64,000 nucleotides of DNA, from the NCBI GenBank assembly GCA_051859245.1, contig JBHYGA010000005.1, forward strand, positions 128,001-192,000, written 5' to 3'. The notes below the pieces were generated by a model, which saw nothing but the letters and a program-made list of their open reading frames with translations, was not told the DNA's origin and made no database searches. The position numbers and the translations under genes are program-made. Source of the stretch: Gemmatimonadaceae bacterium (GTDB lineage Bacteria; Gemmatimonadota; Gemmatimonadetes; Gemmatimonadales; Gemmatimonadaceae). Below are positions 48,375 through 57,808 of the stretch, in pieces; position 1 is the first letter of the stretch, and each line of letters starts with the position of its first letter.

Positions 48375-49916
48375 TCAACCCATCGACATCTCCGCCCGCC
48401 GCTCCGCCAGTCGCGCGTGCTCGTGCGCAATGCCAGCCGCCGCCATTGCATCTTCCACGAGCTTAGCCGCCCGCGACCCCGCACCAACCTCCGCGCCCTC
48501 CTGCTTCAGCGCGTGCACATTAATGCGCACATTCCAGATCGCTCCCTTGCACGCCGCCTCGGCGAGCAGTGCCGCTACCGTGGCATCACTGATCGCATTC
48601 TGATTGCCAATCCGCGCGACTTCGGCTGCGATCTCGCACACACGCGCGCACGCATTCGCCGTTTCAAGCGGCACGTCCGCTGCACCGTACAGTGCGATGT
48701 GAATCGCCTGCGTGCGTGCCGCCGCAGCTTCTTCTGTATCGCTGCCGAGTTGATACGCCGCGCGCACCGCTTCGTAGCTGTCCGCATCGCGCGTCACGAG
48801 GTCCGTGAGCGTGCGACGCAACGCTGACGCGCCCGCCGCAATCTGGCGCAGTTCTGTGTCGTGTGCCGCGTACTTCTTGCGACCAATGCTGAGCCCCGTG
48901 ACCATCTGCGCGAGCGCTGCACCGAGTGCGCCCGCGTGCGCCGAAACGCTACCACCACCTGGTGTCGGCGACGGCCCCGCCACGCGCGCGACAAATGCGT
49001 CAACACTTTCACCACCGGCCGCGAGTTCACGCACACGCGTTTCAATCAGCATGCGTGGTGAGTAGCCGCGAAGTTGCACGTGACGCGCGCCGGCTTCGAG
49101 CAGGCAGCGCTCTGGCACTAATCCAACGAGCTCACTCCAAGTTGGCGCAACGCCGAACGCTGCCGCTTCACTCTTCACCATTTCAAACACGCGATGCAGC
49201 GGTGTCTTTTCCGTGTCGACAAGATTCATGGACACCTGCGCTTGTCCGTCAACTTCAAGGCCCATGCCTTTCACGTAGCGCAGTCCACCGCTTGAACCGC
49301 GAATGGCTTTGGCCACTTCTTTGGCCACGGGCAGATTGCTCGCCGGGCCGAGGTAGACGTTGTAGGCGACGAGGAACGGTCGTGCACCGATTGCGATGGC
49401 GCCCGCGGTTGCGTGTACCGCGCGCGGGCCAAAGTCGGGAATGCGAGCGTCGTCAGTGGCAATGCTATCGCGAATGCCTTCGAATTGTCCGCGTCGCACG
49501 TCGGCGAGATTCTCGCGCGCAGGAGATTGTGCCGCGCACTCGTAGAGGTACACCGGAACCGACAGCTCACGCGCCACACGTTCGCCGAGCTCGCGCGCGA
49601 GTGCGATGCAGTCGTCCATGGTCACGCCATCGAGCGGAATGAACGGCACCACGTCGGTTGCACCGAGTCGCGGGTGTTCCCCAACGTGTTTGGTGAGATC
49701 AATGCGCGCGGTGGCTTCGCGTATGCCAGCGAATGCTGCGTTCACCGCCACTTCAATTGGTGCGACGAACGTGATCACCGTGCGATGGTGCGATGCGTCG
49801 CTTGAAACATCGAGCACGTGTGCGCCGTCCACGCCAGCGATGGCATCGCGAATTGCGGAGATGATGGCCGCGTCTCGGCCCTCAGAGAAGTTGGGGACGC
49901 ATTCAACGAAGGGCAT
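48375..49916 (-). CDS. ftcD: glutamate formiminotransferase / cyclodeaminase
   Basis: ECVPNFSEGR, HPRLGATDVVPF, QVSMNL; C-terminal PTPGGGSVSA. Confidence 0.93.
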   Translation of the reverse strand: MPFVECVPNFSEGRDAAIISAIRDAIAGVDGAHVLDVSSDASHHRTVITFVAPIEVAVNAAFAGIREATARIDLTKHVGEHPRLGATDVVPFIPLDGVTMDDCIALARELGERVARELSVPVYLYECAAQSPARENLADVRRGQFEGIRDSIATDDARIPDFGPRAVHATAGAIAIGARPFLVAYNVYLGPASNLPVAKEVAKAIRGSSGGLRYVKGMGLEVDGQAQVSMNLVDTEKTPLHRVFEMVKSEAAAFGVAPTWSELVGLVPERCLLEAGARHVQLRGYSPRMLIETRVRELAAGGESVDAFVARVAGPSPTPGGGSVSAHAGALGAALAQMVTGLSIGRKKYAAHDTELRQIAAGASALRRTLTDLVTRDADSYEAVRAAYQLGSDTEEAAAARTQAIHIALYGAADVPLETANACARVCEIAAEVARIGNQNAISDATVAALLAEAACKGAIWNVRINVHALKQEGAEVGAGSRAAKLVEDAMAAAGIAHEHARLAERRAEMSMG

Positions 49917-50017
49917 GGCCAGGGCGTGCGAGGGGGAGTGTGAGACTGTTGTCGACGTGCGTTACAGCAGAGTCTGCCTTGAAATTTAGATGGCGGAAAA
50001 GGCGGGGTATAGGGCAA

Positions 50018-50422
50018 ATGCCCAATTGCGTCGCATTGAGCCGCGAAGTACCTCAAGACATGGACGCACACGAACTCTTGATTCATGCAGATAATGGCTG
50101 GCTCAACTTCAGAAATCGGGACGGAGCTTTGAGTATTCCGGAGCGATACTCGCGCTCGTGCGCACAGCTCGCACAAATGTTGTCGCGCAGCGCGATGCGA
50201 TGTCAGATCGTGGAACTTCTAGTACAAGGCAAGTCGCGGAAGGAAATATCGAACGATATTCAGCGATCTCAGCACACCGTGGATACGCACATCAAGGCGT
50301 TGTATCGCGGCGTTGGCGTTGGCGATCGCGCGCAACTGATCGTGATTGCGGTATTGTTGTTCCGCTTCGGTGCCCCCCCCCCGGAACTGGGGACTGTACA
50401 TGAGCATAGTGTTGCTGAATGA
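50018..50422 (+). CDS. small LuxR-type HTH regulator
   Basis: IVELLVQGKSRKEIS.DI..S.HTVDTHIKALYR..GV.DRAQL; start uncertain (50018 or 50060). Confidence 0.75.
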   Translation: MPNCVALSREVPQDMDAHELLIHADNGWLNFRNRDGALSIPERYSRSCAQLAQMLSRSAMRCQIVELLVQGKSRKEISNDIQRSQHTVDTHIKALYRGVGVGDRAQLIVIAVLLFRFGAPPPELGTVHEHSVAE

Positions 50423-50473
50423 TGATGCCCTAACTGAATGCGGCTTTGTCTCATGTCCAACAAAGGAGATAGC

Positions 50474-51607
50474 GTGCTTGAGCGACGGATTATCGCGAGT
50501 CTTAGTGTAGGAGTAGTCGCCGTGAGTGTACTCGTCGCGGCTTGCGGCACACGAGAGCAGTCAGCAGTGGCACCAGTAGCAGAGGCTCCCCTCGATCTCA
50601 TGCACATGTTCGAGCGCTCTTTAAAGGATCCGATGTCGCTGGGAAATCAGCACAACGCTGGTCTTGACTCAATTCTGGTGAGAATAAAGCATGCACGAGC
50701 TCAGAAGAACGGCGCAAGATTGACGAAGTCCGAGATCTGCGACGTCATTTCCGGCATAGTGTCAGAGAAATTCGTCGAAGCAGAGGCCAAAGTTTTGGAG
50801 CGGACTCCTGGAAAATTTCTCCATCCGAGAAACGCGTGCAGAGGCGAAAATCTTGTTCTGGCTGCAGGTGGGCGCCTAAAGCAACTTCGTGCGATTCGCG
50901 CCTTCAGCATGGCACAAGCTAGCCTTACTGAGGATTGGATCGATACGGTGTGGGCCACGGATTCTTTGTGGGACGGAGCGGACGACATCAGCCTGCAGGA
51001 TGATTTGACTTTTTTGAGCAGTCTAGATGGCATCTTTACTGCTGCGATCAATGGAACCACCTCGTCCAGCGGCCTCTCCACTGCAGTTGGTGGGCTCTTA
51101 AGCTCGCTGAACCTGAGCGATGACGTTCAGGCGGAGTGGGTCACTGAGGTCGCCGCGCTCTCGGTTTCTTCGTCCGACTATTGGAACGCGAATCTCGAAG
51201 AGTGGCTCGACCAGTATTGCGAAGATCAGTCAGAGCAGATGCGTGCACCAAGCTCATCCATGATGGCATTGGACTGCGATGATGAAGGTGGTGGAGAGTC
51301 GCTTCGCGCTGGCTCCATGCTTGACGGCTGCTGTGAATGGAACGACGTGAAGGGCGTCGTTATCGCAGATGCAGTTGGGGCACTTGGCATTGGAGGTCTA
51401 CTCATCGATTCGTATATCCAAGGCAACGCCGCAAGCTGGAAGAAGGTTGCGCAAGGAACGCCCGGCTACAAGGTTTTGGTGCGCTACGAGAATCCCACTT
51501 ACTGGCAACAGGTTGTCGCCGGTGGAACCAAGGTTGCGAGGAGAGCAGTGATGGGTGGCATCTGGGGCGCAGCCATCAACTCTGCGGGTGCCTATCTAGC
51601 GCAGTGA
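50474..51607 (+). CDS. hypothetical lipoprotein with hydrophobic Gly/Ala-rich C-terminal tail
   Basis: GTG after AAGGAG, lipobox VAAC, GNQHNAGLD, SSDYW, ADAVGALGIGG...GGIWGAAINSAG. Confidence 0.7.
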   Translation: MLERRIIASLSVGVVAVSVLVAACGTREQSAVAPVAEAPLDLMHMFERSLKDPMSLGNQHNAGLDSILVRIKHARAQKNGARLTKSEICDVISGIVSEKFVEAEAKVLERTPGKFLHPRNACRGENLVLAAGGRLKQLRAIRAFSMAQASLTEDWIDTVWATDSLWDGADDISLQDDLTFLSSLDGIFTAAINGTTSSSGLSTAVGGLLSSLNLSDDVQAEWVTEVAALSVSSSDYWNANLEEWLDQYCEDQSEQMRAPSSSMMALDCDDEGGGESLRAGSMLDGCCEWNDVKGVVIADAVGALGIGGLLIDSYIQGNAASWKKVAQGTPGYKVLVRYENPTYWQQVVAGGTKVARRAVMGGIWGAAINSAGAYLAQ

Positions 51608-51740
51608 GTAACAGCCGAGCACTGCCGCGCTCCGAGATACGGACGAGCGCGGCAATGCGAGTCATTGACGTGGGCGCGCGTTCGAGAGTAGAGACAGTGA
51701 GTTGATCAGGAGTATTGCGACATCGCAATAGGAGAACTGC

Positions 51741-52154
51741 ATGCCGACGAAGTTTCGACCAGTATTGGTTCTCGCTTTACCCATAGTGGCAGCGATGTCA
51801 GCGCTAGTATTGAGTTCGACCGCTAAACCCGTCAGTGCCGCGTTGGTCTGGAGAGTGTTGGTCGTCTCCATCGCTCTCTTTGGCCTCTACTGCGGATTTT
51901 GGGTCGCATTGTCGCGACTTGGGCGATCCCGACCTGTTCTCGTTGGCGCGATCCGAGGCGCTGCATGGGGAATGCTGGTAGCCTACCTGAACTCTTGGGC
52001 AGCCGGCGAACCTGCGCCGCCTTACGTGGCCGTCTGGTACAAGGTCATCGCAATGTCGTTGGCCTTCGCAATTCTCGCTTCAGGCGGAGGACCAAGGACG
52101 AAGGTGCCTTCGAGGTTGCGGCACTGGTTTGAAAACAAAGCGATGATCCAGTGA
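51741..52154 (+). CDS. small multi-pass membrane protein
   Basis: AGGAG RBS; about 4 hydrophobic segments in 137 aa. Confidence 0.65.
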   Translation: MPTKFRPVLVLALPIVAAMSALVLSSTAKPVSAALVWRVLVVSIALFGLYCGFWVALSRLGRSRPVLVGAIRGAAWGMLVAYLNSWAAGEPAPPYVAVWYKVIAMSLAFAILASGGGPRTKVPSRLRHWFENKAMIQ

Positions 52155-52209
52155 AATCATCACGCGCTGTTACGGTCGGCGAAGGCCATGTGTGACATTG
52201 CGCGCCGCC

Positions 52210-53031
52210 TCAGCGCGCCGCCAGCACGCCGAGCAACCACTCATGCATCACCCCGTTGCTCGCGACAATCGGGCCGTGTACCACACCAACGTCGCGTCCG
52301 TCAAAATCCGTCACTTGTCCACCGGCTTCACGAATAATCAGTATCCCCGCCGCCACATCCCACGGCGCGAGCTCAAGCTCCCAGAAGCCCTGAAATCGTC
52401 CGCACGCGACATCGCATAAATCGAGCGCCGCGGCACCGGCGCGTCGCATGCCGGCAGTGCTCGCGGCAACGGCGGCAAACTGCGGCTGATACCGCGCGAG
52501 ATGATGCGTGTGCTTGAACGGAAACCCGGTGCCAATGAGCGCGCGCATCGGCTCTGCAATCGGCGACACCGTGATGCGTGAATACTCGCCAGATGCCAGC
52601 ACACGATGCGCGCCGAGTCCGCGCGCGGCAGCAAATGTTTCGCCGGTTGCCGCATTCACAATCGCTCCCGCCGCAAGCTCGCCATCAACGAGAATGCCAA
52701 CGCTCGTGGCGTACCACGGAAAGCCGTGCAAAAAGTTCGTCGTGCCATCAAGCGGGTCAGCCACCACCGCAATGCCGCGCGAAACATCGGCGTCCGGCGT
52801 CATCTCCTCGGCCAATAACACCGCGCTGGGCGCCAAACGCGTGATTACCTCGGCCAACGCGGTCTCAGCCTCACGGTCCACATGACTCACAAAGTCGGCC
52901 GGGCTCTTCACCTCCCACGTGAGCGCGTCCACGTCGCGCGCACGCGCTGATACAACTGCGGCTCCCGCCCGCGCCGCGGCCAGGGCAACATCACGCAATG
53001 CCGCAACATCCGTTTCACTCTTCGCTTGCAC
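52210..53031 (-). CDS. suhB: inositol monophosphatase family protein
   Basis: DPLDGTTNF, RRAGAAALDLC.VA.G, WDVAAG; start uncertain. Confidence 0.9.
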   Translation of the reverse strand: MQAKSETDVAALRDVALAAARAGAAVVSARARDVDALTWEVKSPADFVSHVDREAETALAEVITRLAPSAVLLAEEMTPDADVSRGIAVVADPLDGTTNFLHGFPWYATSVGILVDGELAAGAIVNAATGETFAAARGLGAHRVLASGEYSRITVSPIAEPMRALIGTGFPFKHTHHLARYQPQFAAVAASTAGMRRAGAAALDLCDVACGRFQGFWELELAPWDVAAGILIIREAGGQVTDFDGRDVGVVHGPIVASNGVMHEWLLGVLAAR

Positions 53032-53060
53032 AGGAACTGCCTCGCTCACAGTTTTGTGAC

Positions 53061-54053
53061 ATGACACGCATCTTCAGTGGAATCCAGCCCTCTGGCGAAC
53101 TCCACATCGGCAACTATCTCGGCGCCATCCGCAACTGGGTCGCGCTCCAGCAACAACATACCGGCTCGCTCTTTTGCGTGGTGGACTATCACGCGATTAC
53201 GGGCAACTACGATACCGACCTGCTACGCCAGCGCCGCTGGGATATGGCGCGGTCGCTGCTCGCCGCGGGCATTGATCCGTCGCAGGCCGCGCTGTTCATG
53301 CAGAGCGACGTGCCGGAACATACCGAGCTGTCGTGGATCTTCACGACGAACCAGCCCATCGGCGATCTGGAACGCCAGACGCAGTTCAAGGACAAAGCCG
53401 GCAGCATGGAAAGCATTCCGGCCGGCCTGCTTATGTACCCGGTGCTGCAGGCGGCGGACATTTTGCTCTACCGCGCGGATCGTGTGCCGGTGGGTGAAGA
53501 TCAGGTGCAGCACCTCGAACTGTCGCGTGACATCGCGCGTCGATGGAACGCGCGTTTTGGCGAAGGATTTTTTCCGGAACCGCAGCCGCTGCTTACGCCC
53601 ACGCGTCGCATCATGGGGCTCGACGGTAAAGCCAAAATGTCCAAGTCGCTTGGCAATACGATCGGGTTGCTCGAAAGTGATGACGACATCTGGCAGAAGT
53701 TGCGCCCCGCCGCAACTGATCCGCAGCGTGTGCGCAAAACAGACGCCGGTCGTCCCGAAGTGTGCAACATTTTTCAGTTGCACAAAGCATTCTCGCCGGA
53801 AGCAACGGTTGCTGAGGTCGACACGAACTGTCGCACCGCCGCGTGGGGGTGCATTGACTGCAAGAAGGTGCTGCATACGCACATGGTCGCCGAGCTGACG
53901 CCAATTCGCACGCGTGCACAGCTGCTCGCGGATGAGCCGTCACGCGTGCTTGATGCGCTGGCCGATGGTGCGCGTTCGGCGCGTGCGATTGCGCAGGAGA
54001 CGATGCGTGAGGTGAAGCAGCGCATGGGGCTGGATCCGCTCAAGGTTTCGTGA
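53061..54053 (+). CDS. trpS: tryptophan--tRNA ligase
   Basis: SGIQPSGELHIGNYLGA, YPVLQAADIL, KMSKS. Confidence 0.96.
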   Translation: MTRIFSGIQPSGELHIGNYLGAIRNWVALQQQHTGSLFCVVDYHAITGNYDTDLLRQRRWDMARSLLAAGIDPSQAALFMQSDVPEHTELSWIFTTNQPIGDLERQTQFKDKAGSMESIPAGLLMYPVLQAADILLYRADRVPVGEDQVQHLELSRDIARRWNARFGEGFFPEPQPLLTPTRRIMGLDGKAKMSKSLGNTIGLLESDDDIWQKLRPAATDPQRVRKTDAGRPEVCNIFQLHKAFSPEATVAEVDTNCRTAAWGCIDCKKVLHTHMVAELTPIRTRAQLLADEPSRVLDALADGARSARAIAQETMREVKQRMGLDPLKVS

Positions 54054-55084
54054 TGCGCCGCGCTGTCATCGATTTGCAGAGTTCTGCCCCGACCATGGCG
54101 CTGCCACCGAGCGGCGCCGAGCGGTTGCGTGCGTTCACGCCCGCTGGTTGGGAGCTCACGGTCGTGCAATCACCCACGGAATCGAGCGGTGATGGCACCA
54201 ACGCGGTGAGCGAAGAAACCCTGGCCGCAGTGTCCAGCGCCGAGGTTTACTTCGGATACGGGTTGCCGGCCGCGCTCGTGGCAGCCGCGCCACAGTTGCG
54301 TTGGGCCCACAGTGCGTCGGCGGGTGTTGGCAAATCGATTACCCCCGAACTGCTCGCGTCCGGCCTCGTGTTCACGAACAGCGCCGGTGTGTACGGCGAG
54401 GCCATGGCCGACTCGGTACTCGCCGGCGTGCTGCACTTTGCGCGCGGGCTCGATCACGCCGTGCGTTTGCAGGCACTGTCACGCTGGGACAAGGAACCGT
54501 TTCAGCATGAGCACACGCCCATGCGTGAGATCGCGGATCTGCGCGTGCTGGTGATTGGTGCCGGTGGCATTGGCAGTGCGGTCGCGAAGCGCTTCACCGC
54601 ATTGGGTGCGCAATGCACGGGCGTGCGTCGCCGTCCGGAGCTTGGAATTCCGCCCGGATTCGCGCGCGTGACCGGTCCTGATCACATCGATTCTGAACTG
54701 CATGCAGCCGATGTGTTAGTTCTGGCCGCCCCGCTAACAGCATCGTTGCGAGGACTCATGGACGCGCGTCGATTCGCGTTGCTCCCAACGGGCGCAATCG
54801 TCGTAAATGTGGCGCGTGGTGCCTTGCTCGATGAAGACGCATTGGTCGCGTCGCTCAACGCAGGGCAGGTGCGCGGCGCGTATCTCGATGTGTTTCGTCG
54901 CGAGCCGTTGCCGGACAGTAGTGCGTTGTGGACACACCCGCGGGTCTTGATCACACCGCATGTGTCGGGCGTTTCGCCGGCCCGCCATTGGGGACGTGCG
55001 TTGACGTTGTTTGAAGACAATTGGAAACGATATGTGGCGGGTGAACCGCTGCAGAACGTGGTAGATCCTGCGGAAGGATACTGA
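54050..55084 (+). CDS. D-2-hydroxyacid dehydrogenase family protein
   Basis: GAGGIG, VNVARG, LDVF..EPL, TPHVSG. Confidence 0.9.
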   Translation: MMRRAVIDLQSSAPTMALPPSGAERLRAFTPAGWELTVVQSPTESSGDGTNAVSEETLAAVSSAEVYFGYGLPAALVAAAPQLRWAHSASAGVGKSITPELLASGLVFTNSAGVYGEAMADSVLAGVLHFARGLDHAVRLQALSRWDKEPFQHEHTPMREIADLRVLVIGAGGIGSAVAKRFTALGAQCTGVRRRPELGIPPGFARVTGPDHIDSELHAADVLVLAAPLTASLRGLMDARRFALLPTGAIVVNVARGALLDEDALVASLNAGQVRGAYLDVFRREPLPDSSALWTHPRVLITPHVSGVSPARHWGRALTLFEDNWKRYVAGEPLQNVVDPAEGY

Positions 55085-55142
55085 TGCGAACCTGATGTTC
55101 GCGTAACGTGTCGCCGCGACCTGCACTCAAGGCACGAATCAC

Positions 55143-56438
55143 GTGGCGATCGAGCGAATCATCAAGGCGGCAGTAGACCGTGGCGCGTCGGACATTCACA
55201 TCAAGGCCGACGACTGCGTGCGTGCACGCATTGACGGTCGCCTCGTCGCGCTCACCAAGCAGGCGCTCACCGCCGAACAAACGAAAGCGATTGCGCTGCG
55301 TTTGATCGAACTTGATGAAGACCGGCAGAACATCGACAAACTGCGCGATCACGATTGCTCGTGGGCGCAGCCGGGTGTTGGTCGGTTCCGCGTGAACATC
55401 ATGCGCCAGCGTGGTGCGCATTCCATTGTGATGCGCGTGATTCCCGAAAATGTGCCCACGATTGAAAGCCTGGCGTTGCCGGCCGTCGTGGGTCGCGTTG
55501 CGCACGCGGAGCGCGGCATGGTGTTGGTCACCGGCGTGACCGGATCCGGCAAAAGCTCCACCATGGCCGCTGTGGTGAACACGATCAATCACCACTACGA
55601 AAAACACATCGTCACGCTCGAAAATCCGATTGAGTTCTTGCATAGCGACATCAAGAGCTCCATCACGCAGCGTGAAGTGGGTATTGATACCGACACATTC
55701 CGCATGGGACTGCGTGCGGCGCTGCGTCAGGATCCCGATGTGATTCTCATCGGCGAAATGCGCGATGCGGAAACGATTGACACGGCGATGAAAGCGGCCG
55801 AGACAGGGCATTTGCTCATCTCCACGCTGCATACGCCAGACGCGCAGAGCACCATCATGCGTGTGGTCGCCATGTTCCCACCCGAAGAACAGTCGGTGGT
55901 GCGGATTCGTCTCGCGGAGTCGCTGCACGCGGTGGTATCGCAGCGATTGTTGCCACGCGCGAATGGACAGGGGCGCGTGGTGGCGTGTGAAGTGATGATC
56001 GTGACGCCCACGATTCGTGATCTGATCATCGACAATCGTGTGGGTGAAATCCGCGACTACATCGCCGAAGGCCATGTGCAGTACGGCATGCAGACGTTCG
56101 ATCAGCATCTCACCGAGCTGGTGAACGACGGGGAGGTCGCGTTCGAAGTCGCACTTGGTGCGGCCACCCGTCCGGCGGATTTTGAGCTCAACTTCCGTAC
56201 ACTCAGTCGCGGTCAGCGCGCGCCGACTCCGCTGGCCACACCGGCAATCAAGGCCGCAGCATCGGCTGCGTCGCCGCAGCGTGCCGGCGTGCCACAGCAT
56301 CCGTTGGGCACCGGGCCCACACTGCCGCCCATGGCCACATCGCCGCACGGCACACAGGCGGTTACGAGTCCATCACCGTTTGGCGGTGGTGATGATACGG
56401 TGTTCGGCTCCGGATTCGAGAGCCTGTTCGGGAGCTGA
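55143..56438 (+). CDS. pilT: PilT/PilU type IV pilus retraction ATPase
   Basis: ASDIH, GRFRVN, GVTGSGKSST, ALRQDPDVILIGEMRD, STLHT, GMQTFDQ; Pro/Ala-rich tail. Confidence 0.9.
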   Translation: MAIERIIKAAVDRGASDIHIKADDCVRARIDGRLVALTKQALTAEQTKAIALRLIELDEDRQNIDKLRDHDCSWAQPGVGRFRVNIMRQRGAHSIVMRVIPENVPTIESLALPAVVGRVAHAERGMVLVTGVTGSGKSSTMAAVVNTINHHYEKHIVTLENPIEFLHSDIKSSITQREVGIDTDTFRMGLRAALRQDPDVILIGEMRDAETIDTAMKAAETGHLLISTLHTPDAQSTIMRVVAMFPPEEQSVVRIRLAESLHAVVSQRLLPRANGQGRVVACEVMIVTPTIRDLIIDNRVGEIRDYIAEGHVQYGMQTFDQHLTELVNDGEVAFEVALGAATRPADFELNFRTLSRGQRAPTPLATPAIKAAASAASPQRAGVPQHPLGTGPTLPPMATSPHGTQAVTSPSPFGGGDDTVFGSGFESLFGS

Positions 56439-56444
56439 GTTTGT

Positions 56445-56683
56445 AGTTGCAGTTCCCGATTCGGTCATTCGGCCGAGTAGCGGGAGCCCATGGCCATTTG
56501 GCCTTTCGGCCTCGCAGTTTCGGAAGGTTGCACCGGGCGCGATGGCAGCAGTTCGACCCTCTGTCGCCGAGATCGTTGACCGGCATTTGTGCTCTGTGCC
56601 GTCGTACGAAAATGGGAGGCCGAAAGGCCAAATGGCCGTGGGCTCCCGCCACTCGGCCGAATGACCGAATCAGAACTGCAACT
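56445..56683. repeat. long inverted-repeat element, family C (second copy, opposite orientation)
   Basis: AGTTGCAGTTCCCGATTCGGTCATTCGGCCGAGTAGCGGGAGCCC...GGCCTC and its reverse complement ending AACTGCAACT. Confidence 0.88.
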
Positions 56684-56699
56684 GCTTTATATTCCGAAC

Positions 56700-57602
56700 A
56701 TGACAACCCGCACCCTCACCGGCCTGCTCGCGCCCGCCGTTACCACGTTCGACCGCTCGGGCGAACTCGCGCGCGACCCATTCATCCGCAACCTGCGCGC
56801 GCACCTCGCCGCGGGACTCGATGGTATCCTCGTGGCCGGCTCCAGCGGCGAAGCTGCTCTGCTCGACAGCGCCGAACGCCGCACCATCACCGAGTGGGCC
56901 CGCGAAGTGGTGCAACCACACCAGTGGCTGCTTGTTGGCACCGGTAGCGAAGGCACGCGGCAAACCATCGCGCGCTGTCGCGACGCAAAAGACGCGGGTG
57001 CAGACGCGGTGCTCGTGGTCGCGCCGCACTATTTCCTCAAGCGCATGACGGAAGCGGCGCTACTCGCGCATTATCGCGCCGTCGCCGACGCGAGCCCGCT
57101 CCCGGTGCTGTTGTACAACATGCCCGCGTATGCACATCTCGTGCTGTCGCCGGAACTCGTGCACACCATGGCCGAACACGACAACGTGATTGGCATGAAG
57201 GACTCGGCCGGCAACTTGCCCGTGCTGGAGCAGTATCTCGCTGCGCAGTCCGACAGCTTCAGCGTGATCACCGGCAGTGGCGGCACGGCAGCGGCAGCCA
57301 TGGCTCGTGGTGCCCGCGGCGCCATTCTCGCGATCGCGCTCTACGCGGCGCTGCCCACGCGCGCGATGATCACCGACGCGCTTGCTGGGAACCTCGAGGA
57401 GGCCGCTCAGCTGCAGTTGCCGCTCGTACCCCTCGCCACCGAAATTGCGGCCGCATTCGGGCCGCCAGGGCTCAAGGCGGCCATGGATATGGTGGGGCTC
57501 GACGGCGGTGCGCCGCGGTTGCCGCTGCTGCCGCTTGATGCGAGTGAGCGCGCCAAAGTGGAGGCGGTTTTGCGCCGAGCTGGGGTGTTGGCCGCGGCGT
57601 GA
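56700..57602 (+). CDS. dihydrodipicolinate synthase family aldolase
   Basis: GSSGE, LYNMP, GMKDS. Confidence 0.88.
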   Translation: MTTRTLTGLLAPAVTTFDRSGELARDPFIRNLRAHLAAGLDGILVAGSSGEAALLDSAERRTITEWAREVVQPHQWLLVGTGSEGTRQTIARCRDAKDAGADAVLVVAPHYFLKRMTEAALLAHYRAVADASPLPVLLYNMPAYAHLVLSPELVHTMAEHDNVIGMKDSAGNLPVLEQYLAAQSDSFSVITGSGGTAAAAMARGARGAILAIALYAALPTRAMITDALAGNLEEAAQLQLPLVPLATEIAAAFGPPGLKAAMDMVGLDGGAPRLPLLPLDASERAKVEAVLRRAGVLAAA

Positions 57603-57660
57603 ATCGGGAATGGGGCGGCAGGTACGGTTGCTTAACCCGCCCATCGCTCTAGATTCCAAC

Positions 57661-57707
57661 AACGCCCCGAGCGTGCGCCAAGCCGCGCCGCCGACGGGGC
57701 GTTTTTT
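57661..57707 (+). terminator. terminator-like hairpin between the DHDPS-family gene and purA
   Basis: AACGCCCCG...CGGGGCGTTTTTT. Confidence 0.6.
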
Positions 57708-57808
57708 GCGTTCAGGTGCTGCCTGCAGACGCCGTCCACGATGGGCGGCTACCGGCGGTTGGGCCCTCTGCCCAACCCTCGTGTGAGGCGCACGTTTCCA
57801 GGATTCGC

